DNA of 64,000 nucleotides from Tubulanus polymorphus (Eukaryota; Animalia; Nemertea), in NCBI RefSeq assembly GCF_964204645.1, contig NC_134029.1:13046850-13110849 (forward strand), given 5' to 3'. A model generated the notes under the pieces. The model saw only the letters and a program-made list of their open reading frames with translations, was not told the origin of the DNA and did no database searches. The translations under genes and the position numbers were made by a program. Numbering within the stretch: the first letter of the stretch is position 1; every line of letters begins with the position of its first letter. Below, in pieces: positions 1-12,174 of this stretch.

Positions 1-40
1 TAGATAAAAGAAAACGTTTCAACTACATACACATCGAGAA

Positions 41-415
41 TACTAGCTTAGTTTTCAAGAAAACGTCAACATTTAAAACAGATCCTGAAACCTCAAGCAG
101 AATTAAACCAAAAAGTAGTCTCTTTTGAAATTTGCTAGCTAGTTTTCAAGAAAACGTCGACATTCAAAACGGATTTTGAAACGGATTTAAGCAGAATTAA
201 ACAAAAATGTAGTCTCTTTTGAAATTTGCTAGCTAGTTTTCAAGAAAACGTCGACATTCAAAACAGATTTTGAAACGGATTTAAGCAGAATTAAACAAAA
301 ATGTAGTCTCTTTTGAAATTTGCTAGCTAGTTTTCAAGCGAAACGTCAACATTTAAAACAGATCTTGTAACAGTTTTAAATAGAATTAAACAAAAATGTA
401 GTCTCTTTTGAAATT
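41..415. repeat. Tandem repeat, ~94-bp unit, ~4 copies (inside the EnSpm-like element)
   Basis: gctagctagttttcaag recurs at 134, 228 and 322 (period 94), with a degenerate copy at ~41. Confidence 0.9.
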
Positions 416-805
416 GTTGTTAGAGAGTTTAAAAAATCATAAACTCATAAAGGCAAAACACCACATAAGATTTCATTTTTAAATAAGTATATAGGTTGAT
501 TAATAACAGATGTTTTCTGGAACATTTTTTCCCTTGTCAGATTAGAATGCGGCTGAATTCATACTAATACATGTATTCAGATTATGTACATGACTATTGA
601 TTACCTCAAGTTGAGTTTATTTATAAAATTACCGAATAGAATTTGATTTAAACACTGAGTTAGAATTATCTAAAGACGTTAAGCATGAACTATGAGCCGT
701 GTTAATGTTCCAGAAATGTTTCGTGATGAATAAATTTATGAAATTTAATCATTTGAAAATGAGCTCTTTCGTGGTGTTTTCTCTCTTATATGTAACATAC
801 TAAAT

Positions 806-2313
806 CTAATTATTGATGTCGATCTCCTGCAGTGCGTTGTTTCTTTTGGCGCTCGCCTTTACGCGGTCTGGGGCGTATCTCAGCCAGTCCTTCATTGTGC
901 GCTCGATATCGATCCTGGTGTGCTGGTTTCCACCGCGCTGTACTGTATCTGAATCGAAAGAAATTTTGTTCATACATCTGTTCAATAAAATATATGAATA
1001 AAAGAATCGGGAAAAACAGAACTACATACCTATAATGACCTTGGAAAGCCTTGTCGAGTTAAAGGCTGTTTTCGGAGCTTTCCCCAGCCAGTTGAATTCT
1101 GCTGCTAGTTTGTTGGAAAGCAGGGTCTTCATAATTGACTTTGTGGAATCTTTAGTCGTTTGCGCAGAATACAAACTAAGGTACCCTATCTAGAACATAA
1201 AAAGATTGGTTTACACATAGGTTTATTTCTTCATTTCTAAGCAGCTCCAACGTTAATACAGAACCTTGAATTTTATGATAATAATCACTTACCAGCCCTT
1301 CTCTGATAACCTGGTCGCCAAGTCTCCCCTCAAGCCTATCGAATTGCGTTTTCTCATCAAGAGGTAGATCTATGTCGTCCGGTAATTTGGCTACTTCCGT
1401 TCGGTCCTGTTTTGTCAGCCTAGCGAGTGCCTTACTTTGGCGCTTTTGTTCTGATTTTACTTCGACCAAAAGCTCCAAAATTTTATCAAGTTTCCTTTCT
1501 AAAATATAGAAATAAGTATTTGTAAAAATGTAATGGATTTGATCGGAGTTCGATCAGTCAAATGAGAAATTATCTGCATACTTACCAACTGATACAGAAC
1601 TTGTACTGGTATCAACGACAGTTCCACAAAGATTTAATGAAGTAGGGGGTGATGGAAGGCGTGGTAAAGAGGGGCGATTTCTAGGTGTTGAGGTTGATGG
1701 CTCAACACGCGGTGAATCAACTCTAGGTGACACGACTGGGGATTCATCACCGGCACTGGATTCTGAGTCCGAAAAAACTCTAGGATTAGGTCTGAAATGA
1801 ATATTAAGTAAATTACCCTCTATAATGAGAAAAATAATATGTGAACTATCATATAAATGTTAGATTAGTAGAATTTGATTCACATCATTTTGAAAAATTG
1901 AAAATACCTTCTGCTGCGCTTTTTTGGGGGAGCATCAATGTCTGTGCTGTAGACATCCGATTGATTTTCGGCTTTTAGCACCATTTTCCTGGCCTTTCCA
2001 TAGTCACCTGCAAACCAAAAACAATACAATACATTGAAGAAATTACTCTAGCATCAGAGTAAATACGTCACTAAACATTTCACTAATCCCTAATCTTGCT
2101 TTACTCACCAGTCACGCCCAGCACTCTTACATTAAACACATTCCAGGATCTAATATTCGCAAAATCGCAGTCTTTCACCATTTGAGACACCGATTTATTG
2201 GTACCAGAAGGTGGCCAAAAGCACTTGGTTTTTCCATCAAATACCCATTTGGTGGGGACGATATCAACTGTTGCCTCCGACGTAAATTCAACAACGCTGT
2301 ATTTATTCTCCAT
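806..2313 (-). CDS. Spliced accessory gene of the EnSpm-like element (DUF4806-like); exons 2313-2109, 2007-1908, 1791-1586, 1498-1293, 1189-1030, 948-806
   Basis: All five introns are GT-AG and phase-compatible, giving one open frame: MENKYSVVEF..VPTKW..FWPP..DYGKARKM..FNWLGKAPKTAF..WLRYAPDR..TAG. Confidence 0.85.
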
Positions 2314-2942
2314 TTTCTGATAATCTGAACAAAACCTGATCAATTATTTCATTATGGGTTAGGTGGAATATACAAAATCAAACATCTCACTGAAAAAAAT
2401 GTTACATCTTTTTCATGTATAGAAGTTCTGTGTAAATATAGAAATGAAATGAACAGTGGTTGTGGAAAATCTAATAATACTCATTTTGCCATACAATCAA
2501 TGAGGACTAGCAGACACTACTACACTGTGCCAATATTTTCATAAAAAAGCCTGGATTACCAGTAGACTACGCTGGTCATTTCTCTCAGTTTCAATGTAAT
2601 TAACTCTATCTTATCCCTTTCCAAGTAAGATATGGAAAAAAGAATAAATCAAAAGCTGTCCGGTCCAAAGGAATGGAAATTAAATATAACTAAGTGGAAT
2701 CTGAACAAATTTTAACGTAAAAAGTACTACTGTCTAATGACGCCATATAGCTGGACATGCTGAGTCCTATTGTTACAAAGAATTTGATGATACCTTTTTT
2801 AGATTATTCATTCTACGTAAGTTACTAAAATGATCGTATTAAATCAAAGAATCTTTTCAACGTTCAGCGATAGTAAATGGTTTATTGACTTGACTGGCAG
2901 CAAAATTTATCATTTTCAAAAACCATGGAGCTTTACATAAAA

Positions 2943-5042
2943 CTAAAACATATTGTGGAGATATGATATGGCTATGAAATAATCCTGAGAATTTGTTGGC
3001 AAAAGGAGGCACTTCCTTGTAATTGCACTGACAGGTAAACACTTAGTACATCCAGTTAGAGTTTTTACTCGAAATATACCAAGCAACTGGGAATCTAGAG
3101 GGTAAGTAAACAAACTCCTTCTAATCCTGTATGTTTCATAAACAATTGAGAATGTTTCACCGATTTTCAATATGTTTCGTATGAGAGCTATTTCACCATG
3201 TATCAGTACACAATTGTCAGGTTTACAATTTTTCAATTTATGACCTTTGATCTCAATTTCAGAACCCTGTGTAATATCGTAACTGAAAGGAATCTGTTGT
3301 GGTAGTAAAGGACCATTTTTATGGACCTTTTTTAGTTTGGATGTTACATTAACCGTATTTGATTCAAAAGAGGAAAACAAATCTTTTTCTTTTAAACGAC
3401 GAATTACTTGTGACAAAGGATTAACTGGTGACCGCACCATTCGTTTAAGCTGGCCTAAGTAGTTTTCGAAAGGAAAACATGAATAGCCATCGAGCGAACC
3501 ATATCGTTTAACATCTTCAGCTAGATGGATTAAAGAATGGATATTATAAACCATTGCTTTAGAGCCATAAATGGTTTCGTAATGCTCTACAAAGAGTAGA
3601 ATAAGATTGTGTGCATAGTCTGCATGAGACTGACAGAGATTGGTATCTGCTAGTATTCTTACTGCCACAGAATATATTAAGAAATTTTTATAAGTTTGAT
3701 CAGGAAGATGAGTCAAGGCAATCATTCCAGTATACAAAGTAATCAGGCGAAACTCAGTGGCCTTCCAGTGAGCTATTTCTGATAGAGCTCTACCTTTCCT
3801 AGCAAATTCAGATGGGATGAATGAATTGAAATTTAGAATTTCAGATGATATAGCTTGAATTACACGACTAGGCATACGAGACATTAATGGACCCATAATC
3901 CAATATTTGAGTAGTCTCTTTGTAACTCCAATGCATATAAGATGCATGTAATCTAAAGGAAATTGAGCAACCATGTCAATGGTCAATTTCAAAAATGGGG
4001 AGACACCGTGCAGGTGATGTTCAGCATCAACCTGGCGACGGAAATCTTGATCTCTCCGTAAGGGACAATTGGAATCTGTAAACAACATTTTTCCATTCCA
4101 GTTTCCAGGAATAGTACATTTACTGCAACCAGAATAACCACTATGCCCTTTTATATGCTTTACAAATGCCAAAGCTGGGGCATCACAAATAACTGCTGCT
4201 ACATAAACATAATAAGTTTTATCTTTGTAACTAAAACCAGATTCAAGTTGGTGAATTTCATCGACAAAGGGTATTAGAAAATCAGTATCTGAAGGCTTTT
4301 TTTGGCCGTAAAATAGGCCAGCAATGAATGGTTGACTTACGGTATCATTATTTGTAGGTAAAGTAATTTTACATAAAACTGGCCAAAACTGTGAGTTAGA
4401 ACTTTTGAATAGCGGAAGACCATCAATATTCACTTGTAATAACAATTTTTGGTCATCATCTAAATCAAAGTCAATTTTATCTAACCAATTACAAATTCCT
4501 AATCGTGCCCCGAAGTGATAATATTGACCACTTGATACTGAACTTATATCAACTGTCGAGATATTATATGTTTGTAATAATGTTCTGGGGTCTGTAGGCA
4601 AGGATGGGTGACATGGGCTTAAAATCTTTAATAAAGCGCCTACAGCTACTTGTGTAATATTGTGATCAGTAGCCCATTGAGCAAGAGATTTAGACAGCTC
4701 TTGGGGTGATTGTTGTTCTTCTGTGTAACTTTCACAGTCGTTAGAAGACAAAGTGTTTATTGATGCAGAAGAACCACTTATTTCTGATAATTGATCATCC
4801 AGTTCATCAAATGCTATGGGACTTGAATTTCCAAGTCCGTAGCTTGAATCTTCCCCCAATAACTCAGGTGAATTCGGCAATACAGCACCAAGAGTTACAT
4901 CATTTTCATCATTGGGAGTATTTACAGAATAAATTTGACTCTGATGTTGAGTAGAATTGGATTCTAAGGAATTTACAATTGATGCAACTTCACGCCTAAT
5001 GCGACGGCGGCGTGTCCAAAACGATGGCTCTTTATGATCCAT
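2943..5042 (-). CDS. EnSpm/CACTA-type transposase, 699 aa, intact ORF
   Basis: Motifs NIDGLPLFKSS, ICDAPA..KGHSGYSGCSKC, PLDYMHLICIGV, WKATEFR, YNIHSLIHL, SCFPFENY. Confidence 0.9.
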   Translation of the reverse strand: MDHKEPSFWTRRRRIRREVASIVNSLESNSTQHQSQIYSVNTPNDENDVTLGAVLPNSPELLGEDSSYGLGNSSPIAFDELDDQLSEISGSSASINTLSSNDCESYTEEQQSPQELSKSLAQWATDHNITQVAVGALLKILSPCHPSLPTDPRTLLQTYNISTVDISSVSSGQYYHFGARLGICNWLDKIDFDLDDDQKLLLQVNIDGLPLFKSSNSQFWPVLCKITLPTNNDTVSQPFIAGLFYGQKKPSDTDFLIPFVDEIHQLESGFSYKDKTYYVYVAAVICDAPALAFVKHIKGHSGYSGCSKCTIPGNWNGKMLFTDSNCPLRRDQDFRRQVDAEHHLHGVSPFLKLTIDMVAQFPLDYMHLICIGVTKRLLKYWIMGPLMSRMPSRVIQAISSEILNFNSFIPSEFARKGRALSEIAHWKATEFRLITLYTGMIALTHLPDQTYKNFLIYSVAVRILADTNLCQSHADYAHNLILLFVEHYETIYGSKAMVYNIHSLIHLAEDVKRYGSLDGYSCFPFENYLGQLKRMVRSPVNPLSQVIRRLKEKDLFSSFESNTVNVTSKLKKVHKNGPLLPQQIPFSYDITQGSEIEIKGHKLKNCKPDNCVLIHGEIALIRNILKIGETFSIVYETYRIRRSLFTYPLDSQLLGIFRVKTLTGCTKCLPVSAITRKCLLLPTNSQDYFIAISYLHNMF

Positions 5043-5124
5043 AAAATGGAGGGGCTATTGCTTATGATTATTCATTTAAATTAGAACAGGCCAAAATTTA
5101 AAGTGTTGTGCCGAACTATAATCA

Positions 5125-5208
5125 GCCAACAAGACTCGAACCCACCGGTCGCTCAGCACTGCTTATATAGTGAACGCAACACGCCTTACCCCACTCCGAC
5201 TGCGAGGA
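5125..5208 (-). other. tRNA-derived SINE head (A/B-box-like) upstream of the transposase
   Basis: Minus strand gttgcgttcactatataagcagtgctgagcgaccggtgggttcgagtc aligns with the SINE at 55454 (gttgcatccactatcagtgctgagagacaagtgggttcgaatcc). Confidence 0.6.
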
Positions 5209-6531
5209 TGCTTCTAAATCAGTACAATCAAATAGAAATAATACGAATATTTGGAGATACTGCTAGATAGTTAACTATACTAATAAATACTGAAGTATGA
5301 ATAAAATGTTTTTTATCTATGGTTTTAAGAATTTAGTTTCAAAACTCCGCAAATGAAATTGAGGCTTGCAGCAATAAAATGTCAATCAAATTCAATTTTA
5401 AAAAAGGATCCTGACAAAACAAAAATTACGTCCAATTTAAACGAATTGAATTGAACTGACAAACAACTCGACAGAATCCAATAGCTGTGGTTACCGGGTA
5501 TATAAGACCATTAATCAGAAACGTGAATACGCAACAAAAGCAAAGCATACTTAGGGTAAATTCAATAGAAAACCTGTTTCTTTTGTCTCCGAAGATCGCT
5601 CCTTTGTTCGTGTTCACGGTGAATAATGCATCTTATGCGCATGTGCAATAAATAGCGTGACTCAGCATTGTTATCGTTGGTTTCGAATCCCATCGATATA
5701 TTGCCGTAATAAAGATTGATAATCATCTAAATACAAACAACTTTTTTTTAAATAATGTAACACACCTTTATTTAAATATAGTTTTTAAAGAATGATCAAT
5801 AATCGAAAAGTTTTCTACCCATCACCCCATGATGTCGAAATTTCATCGCTAACAGACATCATAATGACGTCTATTCACGATGGAAACTATAACTGAATTT
5901 TCACCCATTTAACGACGACATACGGATCATAAAACATCAAAATATATCTTTTAGAATTATTACTCAAATAAAGCTCCCCATAATTGTCGGAATATTTGTC
6001 CCCAATATTTCATTTTCTAACATCGCAATGATGTCAGATTGTCATCATATTCCGACAGTCGGTACGGTCAGATTTCGACGGATTTCTGACATCATTATGA
6101 CGTAATGCTGCTACTTGGGTATATAGTGGGATTTTATCTTATTACGAACGGATTGAAGTGAAATATTTCAAGATTTTTTCCACACATCATCAAGCGCCCT
6201 TTAAATCAAGACAGATTCATCTTGAGTAAAATAATTCATTTTCAAGTGACCACTCAGCAAGTAGTTTAATTCTACAGTCTGAGTTCCAGCGAATTTAATC
6301 AATCATCTCGTAGAAACAAAATCGAAGGTGCTACAAAGTATTACACAACCTGGCCCATCTCATTTCATAGATAGCAAGCACGTTGTGACTATTGACTAAA
6401 GTACATCAGCCACCTGTCAATTATGTTATCCTCGTGTTTATATTGTCACGTATCACTGCATACACAGTTGTATCGCAGCAACATGACTTTTAGTGTGTTC
6501 ATCCATGGACTCAAAAACGAAGCGAAATTAT

Positions 6532-6670
6532 GATCCAGATAATGTTCGCTGGAAAAAGTTTTAAGAATTTCGCTTATTTCACAAAACTAACGAATAACTG
6601 TTGCCAAGACAGGCTATGTTCTCTGCTCATTTCGGTTCCTTATTTAGCTTACATTTTCATCTTTCCTTTC
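6532..6670 (+). repeat. ~140-bp direct repeat, copy 1 (copy 2 at 12736-12885)
   Basis: gatccagataatgttcgctggaaaaagttttaagaattt..gcttacatttt..ctttcct is shared between the two sites. Confidence 0.85.
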
Positions 6671-8705
6671 GTTTTAGCGTCCATGGTTCATCCTACCTTT
6701 TATGAAATCAAAAATATCTTCATAAAACCATAATATGCTTTATTGTATTACGTTTACTAGTTTATTTTCACTCTATAGCGGCGTTACACACAGTACAAAG
6801 TCTGAAAGAAAAATTATAAGCCTTTATTATATACAGGGGAAATCAGTGCACCTATAACTTGAATGAATAAGAATACATACCTTATATCTTCTGACACCTC
6901 AGTTTGAGTCTCAATTGTCTGTCTGAAAAATGCCCAACATGATTTTCAGATTTAAAATTTTGAAATAATGGTGGAAAATGAAATCACATTTTATTTTTAA
7001 CTCGTGAATGGAAATAATGTGTAGAAAATAACTGCTGTATAGTTATGCGTGTAGTTAATACCTTTTGAGGTCATCGATGTCCGTCTGGTTGCCTGGTCCA
7101 CAAAGCGAGATTCGACCTTTCTGCTGCAATAATTTGAATGCAAAACACATTATCGCACGTGCCGACAAATAAATATTGTATTGTATATCGATGAAATTGT
7201 CAATCTATTTTATGATTAAATTGGCGATAGAGGTAATACATTGTATTTCAATTGCTATTGTTTGATTAATGAGTGACCTGTACCTCTTTTACAGCGTTTT
7301 TGTTTAAGGTACTGCTGTCCAGCTTTGATGATGGTATCGACGTGACCATCAGATTTCTGTAAATTTCCTTTCTCAAGAACCTGTAGAATATATGCATATA
7401 GATTCAATGTAAAAAAAAAAAACACTCAAAATATTACTTTAAAACAAACTTAACAAATCAAAAAACTAGAGACATGGCATTTCAGAATTTTCTACATGCA
7501 GACACCATCGTCAAAGTGTTTGTAATAAGAATCCCCTTACTGTGTTTGAACTTCGCCGAATCATCGAATAGCCGAATTAATCAAGACATAGCCTATTTAA
7601 TTAATTGATAGCCAAATAAATGCAAAATACAAATTTGCTCTTGAGATGGAAGATCCGACTTTTAAAACTTGATACGACGTTAATGATTGACGGTTGAGAT
7701 AACACGTATTTGTGTTGTTTTGCTGCTAGCGGAAATTAGTCAGTCAGCCTAAGTAATTTCTTTACTTTATAAAAGACTAATTACCCTAAAGTAAGGGAAG
7801 ATTCGCCTGGCTGGACTTAATACATAGTTTTTTTTCGCAATCATGGGCCATTGCAAGGCCACACTAATATCTATACATGGATATAAATGATTAATTAAAT
7901 TAGACGTATTAAATTAGGTAGCCAACTAAATAAACCCCAATCAGTCGCTTGTCGGTTCAGACTGGTTGGAAGATTGTTTGAATGAACCGGAACCGAATTT
8001 CCCAAGTATGTATTCGATTTAAAAAAATTATGTAAACTCGCCCGCCGATCACACAACTATATCTGTACTTCAATTTCCGATTTCAAAATAAAATCCCTGT
8101 TTCACTCCCGGCAGGTGTGGTGGGTCTGTAAGGGACACCAAATAGAAAAAAATCAAACGTCATCTACCAATCAAATAAATAAAAGGGTCAATCCCTATTC
8201 TAAGATTTAAAAAAACACATTGAGAAATAACAAGTTTGTTTCACTATAGCGGTATTCTTCCGTCAATATGTATTTAATCATGGACTCTTAAGTCCATGAT
8301 TTAACTGAATTTGAACTGAATTCGGCGATTCGGAGAATTCAACGATTTGGTTCAAACGCCCAATTTTTTATGTTGGTCTCTCCGAAATATTATGTCCCCT
8401 TGAATATTCCGATCATAAACAAATCCTGTTTTTAACTTTTGAATGTGTGGTCCATTATTTTCTAATTTTATGAATTGCATAGTTACACCGGCACAAACTA
8501 TCTTTTACATTTTTTTTTGTGGGCGAATCAACTTCGAATAATGATTCCATCAATGTGAAATACCAGACCATCAGACTAAACCTCAGATATGACCACATGT
8601 GTTAAGACACGTGTTTATGCTTGGGTCTTTTATCATGGGTGTATATCTATTTGTATGATACATGATCTTTGTAGAGCCACGCGTTATTTTGCACCACGCT
8701 TTTAG

Positions 8706-9607
8706 AATGGCAGTCGTATCGTTCCATATTGATTTTCAGAAAAACTTACCCTGTCCAAAAATGCCAACTCAATCCATCTACTACATGAGACAATTATATA
8801 CTTTTAATTTTGGAATTTATTCTGGATTCCACCAAAACACGAAGTGTTTCATGTATTCCGAAGAAATGGCTGGTAAAGGTGCTGATGAAGTTATCAGCAT
8901 GATTGACATTATGTTGAATAAAACTAGTTACGGGAACACTGGTGAGTCGATTTTTTAAATGTTATATTCTCTCTAGAGTACTGTTTCAATTGATAGTTAT
9001 CCAATGTATAGTACATTCATATCTTTATTTATTTTATATATTTTCTTTAGGTGCTGACAACCTGATCATTTGGGCCGACAACTGCAGCGGGCAAAATAAG
9101 AATTATAGTATACTATGGTATGCCCAATATTTGATTGATTCAGGAGCATACAAACGAGTGGACTTGAAATATCTAGAGCAAGGACATTCTTATGGTCCTT
9201 GTGATCGCTTCTTCGGACAAATTGAGAAAAAGAATAGAACCCACGAAAAAATAATGCTGCCGAGAGATTGGATGGACATAGCTGCCTCATAAAAATCAAT
9301 AGGTGAGTAAAAGACAGAAACGTACGTGTATGTGTTCATTCGTACGTACGTACGTACATACGTACATACATTAATACATACACACATACATACATACATA
9401 CATACATACATATTATGAAGTATTTTCTTTTCTATTTAAGAAGTGTACCGGGTACAACAAGATGAATTTCGCGACTTTCGTTCATGGCTGGGTCATATTT
9501 TCAGTTCAAATCGAAAAGCTGAAAATTCACCGATACCAACTGTGTTGGCAGACACAAAATGGATTAATTTTGGTATCGGTGAAGAGGCTTTAAATGGACA
9601 CTTGCAG
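8706..9607 (+). pseudogene. Sola1-type (DDD) transposase, catalytic exons 8706-8941, 9051-9302, 9441-9607
   Basis: DFQKNLPCP..YYMRQL..NFGI, WADNCSGQNKN, GHSYGPCDRFFGQIEK; GT-AG introns in phase; in-frame TAA at 9290. Confidence 0.7.
9322..9411. repeat. (TACG)n/(CATA)n microsatellite in a transposase intron
   Basis: Directly visible. Confidence 0.9.
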
Positions 9608-10196
9608 GTAAATTAATTAACTGAGGTTTTATATATATTGATTATTCAGATTATTATAGAAGTTCATTGTTTGCCGTTGAAGAAATATGTGAGGAGTACC
9701 ATTTGGGATTGACTTGAATTATATGGGAAAAAATCAGAAAGTCTGGCTTGTCAGATGATTAATGACTGTCCAGTTGCTGCGTTTCGTTTACACTAAGATA
9801 TATAGGCACATAATTGCTTTGAACCACATGGTCATCATATCACTATTTCAAAAGTTAACAAAACTCGGCCGCAGCAACAGACCAGTCATTAGTTCAGTCA
9901 GAATAATTATTCGAAACGCTCTTGCATCATTATAAAAAAATGAATTCATCCAGAGTTAACAGCCCATTTCAAACTATTTTTGATAACAAAGAAAATTGGC
10001 TGAATGTTTCGGAGTGTTGTTACGCAGAATGTTTGAGGTAACGTGGATACGAAGTGGTGAGTGAAAAAAAAACAAGAATGAACATGAAATTTTTCTCTCC
10101 ACGTAGAATAAAGATATTACTTAAAACTGATTCATGATCATTCTAAGGCCAATTGCTTAGAGTCAGTTGTAATGTTATATCGAATAAACCATTTTA

Positions 10197-11252
10197 CAGT
10201 TGCTAGCCGCCATTTTGTTAGGGTACTTTGTCCTGTATTGTTTGGTCATTTTTTTCTCCTTTTTAAAAACTATTTATGATATGCGTGTTTTATCATACTT
10301 CACCGGTCCATAGATAGATTTTGACAGTTTTAACAACATTAAAACCGCGTGAATCTCTAGTCTTCAGTTATATAAAATTCATTTCTCAATTTTGCAACAA
10401 TGCGACATGAGAGCAATATAAAAAAACTGTGGCCTGTTTATGCCACGCACGTAAAAATTGAGGGTACTGTATTTTGAAGTCCTTTATCTTTAAAAATAGT
10501 TTTCAGGAACAGTTTTCAAACATTTCAGGAACTGTGAGCATAAATGCCCCCTTTCAAGTGAACTTTAAAATGTCAAGATATCTTGCCTAGTTTTCATTCT
10601 ATGGCTATTCAACAGCAGCGCGTCATTTGTCACTTTTCGGCGCTGTTTTCTATACATGTATTTCAGTCTGTGGGCGTTATTTTTCTTTGATACTATACTT
10701 TTCTCTCAGAAAATGGTTTTTATTATTGGTATTAAGTTGGAATATAAATAATAATATGCAATATCGATGTCGAAGACATTAAAGATGAAGACATTAAAGA
10801 TGCTAAAATTGGGGTTCGAACGATTTTTTTACCATGTTTAAGCAGCAGAGCGGCATTTTGATCACGCATTCCAAGTTGCGCGCGGGTAGAGAAAACATAG
10901 GCAAGATATCTTGAAATTTTAAAGTTTACTTTAAAGGGGGCGTTTATGCGCAGAGTTCCTGTAATGTTTCCATTTTTTTAAATTTAAAAATATCGAACTT
11001 CAAAGTACAGTACCCTCAATTTTTACACGCGTGGCAAAAACTGGTCATTACGCATTTCGCAAATTTGAGAAATGAATTTAACATAATTGAAAACTAGAGA
11101 TTCACGCGGTTTTAATGTTGTTGAAACTGTCAAAATCCATCTATGGACCGGTGAAGTATGATAAAACACGCATATCATAGTTTTTTAAAAGGAAAAAAAT
11201 CACCAAACAATACAGGACAAAAGTACCCTAACAAAATGGCGGCTAGCAACTG
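10197..11252. mobile_element. Foldback MITE with ~400-bp terminal inverted repeats (CAGTTG termini)
   Basis: cagttgctagccgccattttgttagggtac at 10197 is the reverse complement of gtaccctaacaaaatggcggctagcaactg ending 11252; arms pair inward to ~10597/10890. Confidence 0.9.
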
Positions 11253-11407
11253 GATAGTAAAATAAATCAACGGAAGCGCTACTTATAAATTCGCGCTGCA
11301 GGGGGTGCAAAAGAAATCGGAAGCATGTGCATATTTCAAAGGAAAACTGACGAAAAAGTTTTATCAATGAGTTAATCTTTTGAAAATAAATGCCATTATC
11401 ATTTCAG

Positions 11408-12174
11408 GTAAAAGAGATACGAAAAAAATTTGATGAAGAAAAAACGTACGAATTACAAAGTCGTATGATAGCATTGTACTGTCACCAATTTTCGTCCAGT
11501 GGGAAAAGATCATTTTACCGTTATCGCCTGCCAAACGAAGAAAGAAATCTTAAACAGGCTTGTCGACTGGCAGTATTGAAGGCACTCGGTATTTCTCGAG
11601 CCCGGCTTTTACCAATCACGCAAGGGGGCATACTGCCTAAAAATGATGGAAGGGGAGGCATGGCAATCAGTATGTTACTTCACCAGAAATGACCAGTATG
11701 GTATGTAGTGATTATCAATCATCATTAATCATCATTTACAGATGAACAATAAATATTTGCAAACAAAACATTCATTATCGGACTAACAAAATACTTTCTG
11801 TTTCAGGTTGAAGATCACATTAAATCGTTTGAACCGACAGAGAGTCACTATGGTCGCACTTCAACGAATAAAAAATATCTACCATCCCATCTTAATGTGG
11901 TAGAACTATATGAGGGATTTTTACGACAAGCTCATCCACCAGCTAATCACCGCCCAATAACGCTGTGCATCTATAGGAAAATCTTCAATAAAATGACCCT
12001 TTCATTTCGAAGCCCACGGACTGATACCTGCCCTACTTGCGACTTAATAAACAACAAGAAGGTAGCTACAGATGATGGCCAAACTAAAATTAAGTTGGAA
12101 GAGCAGCTATCTGAACACCACGCGAAAGCTGCCCTGGCCATGGACACGATGAAGGCCGATATGTTGAAATCGAG
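11408..12174 (+). pseudogene. N-terminal exons (11408-11700, 11807-12174) of a Sola1-type transposase
   Basis: CRLAVLKALGIS..DGRG, HIKSFEPTESHY..KKYL, YRKIF..LSFRSPRTDTCPTCD, H..KA..AM..MKAD; frameshift near 11655. Confidence 0.7.

Larger units (their letters stand above)
1..6119 (-). mobile_element. EnSpm/CACTA (CMC)-type DNA transposon; one terminus visible, the other lies left of the window
   Basis: Contains a transposase and a DUF4806-like gene. Terminus reads CCCAAGTAGCA on the minus strand at 6119, followed by TA. Subterminal catcat(a/t)atgacgt repeats at ~5858 and ~6090. Confidence 0.75.

Noticed and set aside
7060-7381. Two possible minus-strand exons with splice-like boundaries
   Set aside because: Short, no recognisable domain, and the joined frame hits a stop.
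8276-8301. Short hairpin aatcatggact-ctta-agtccatgatt and weak inverted similarity between ~7543 and ~8357
   Set aside because: Too short or degenerate to assign; could be a collapsed MITE or chance.
9190-9411. ORFs MYVCMYVC.. and 22359-22604 IYIYIY..
   Set aside because: Translations of microsatellites.
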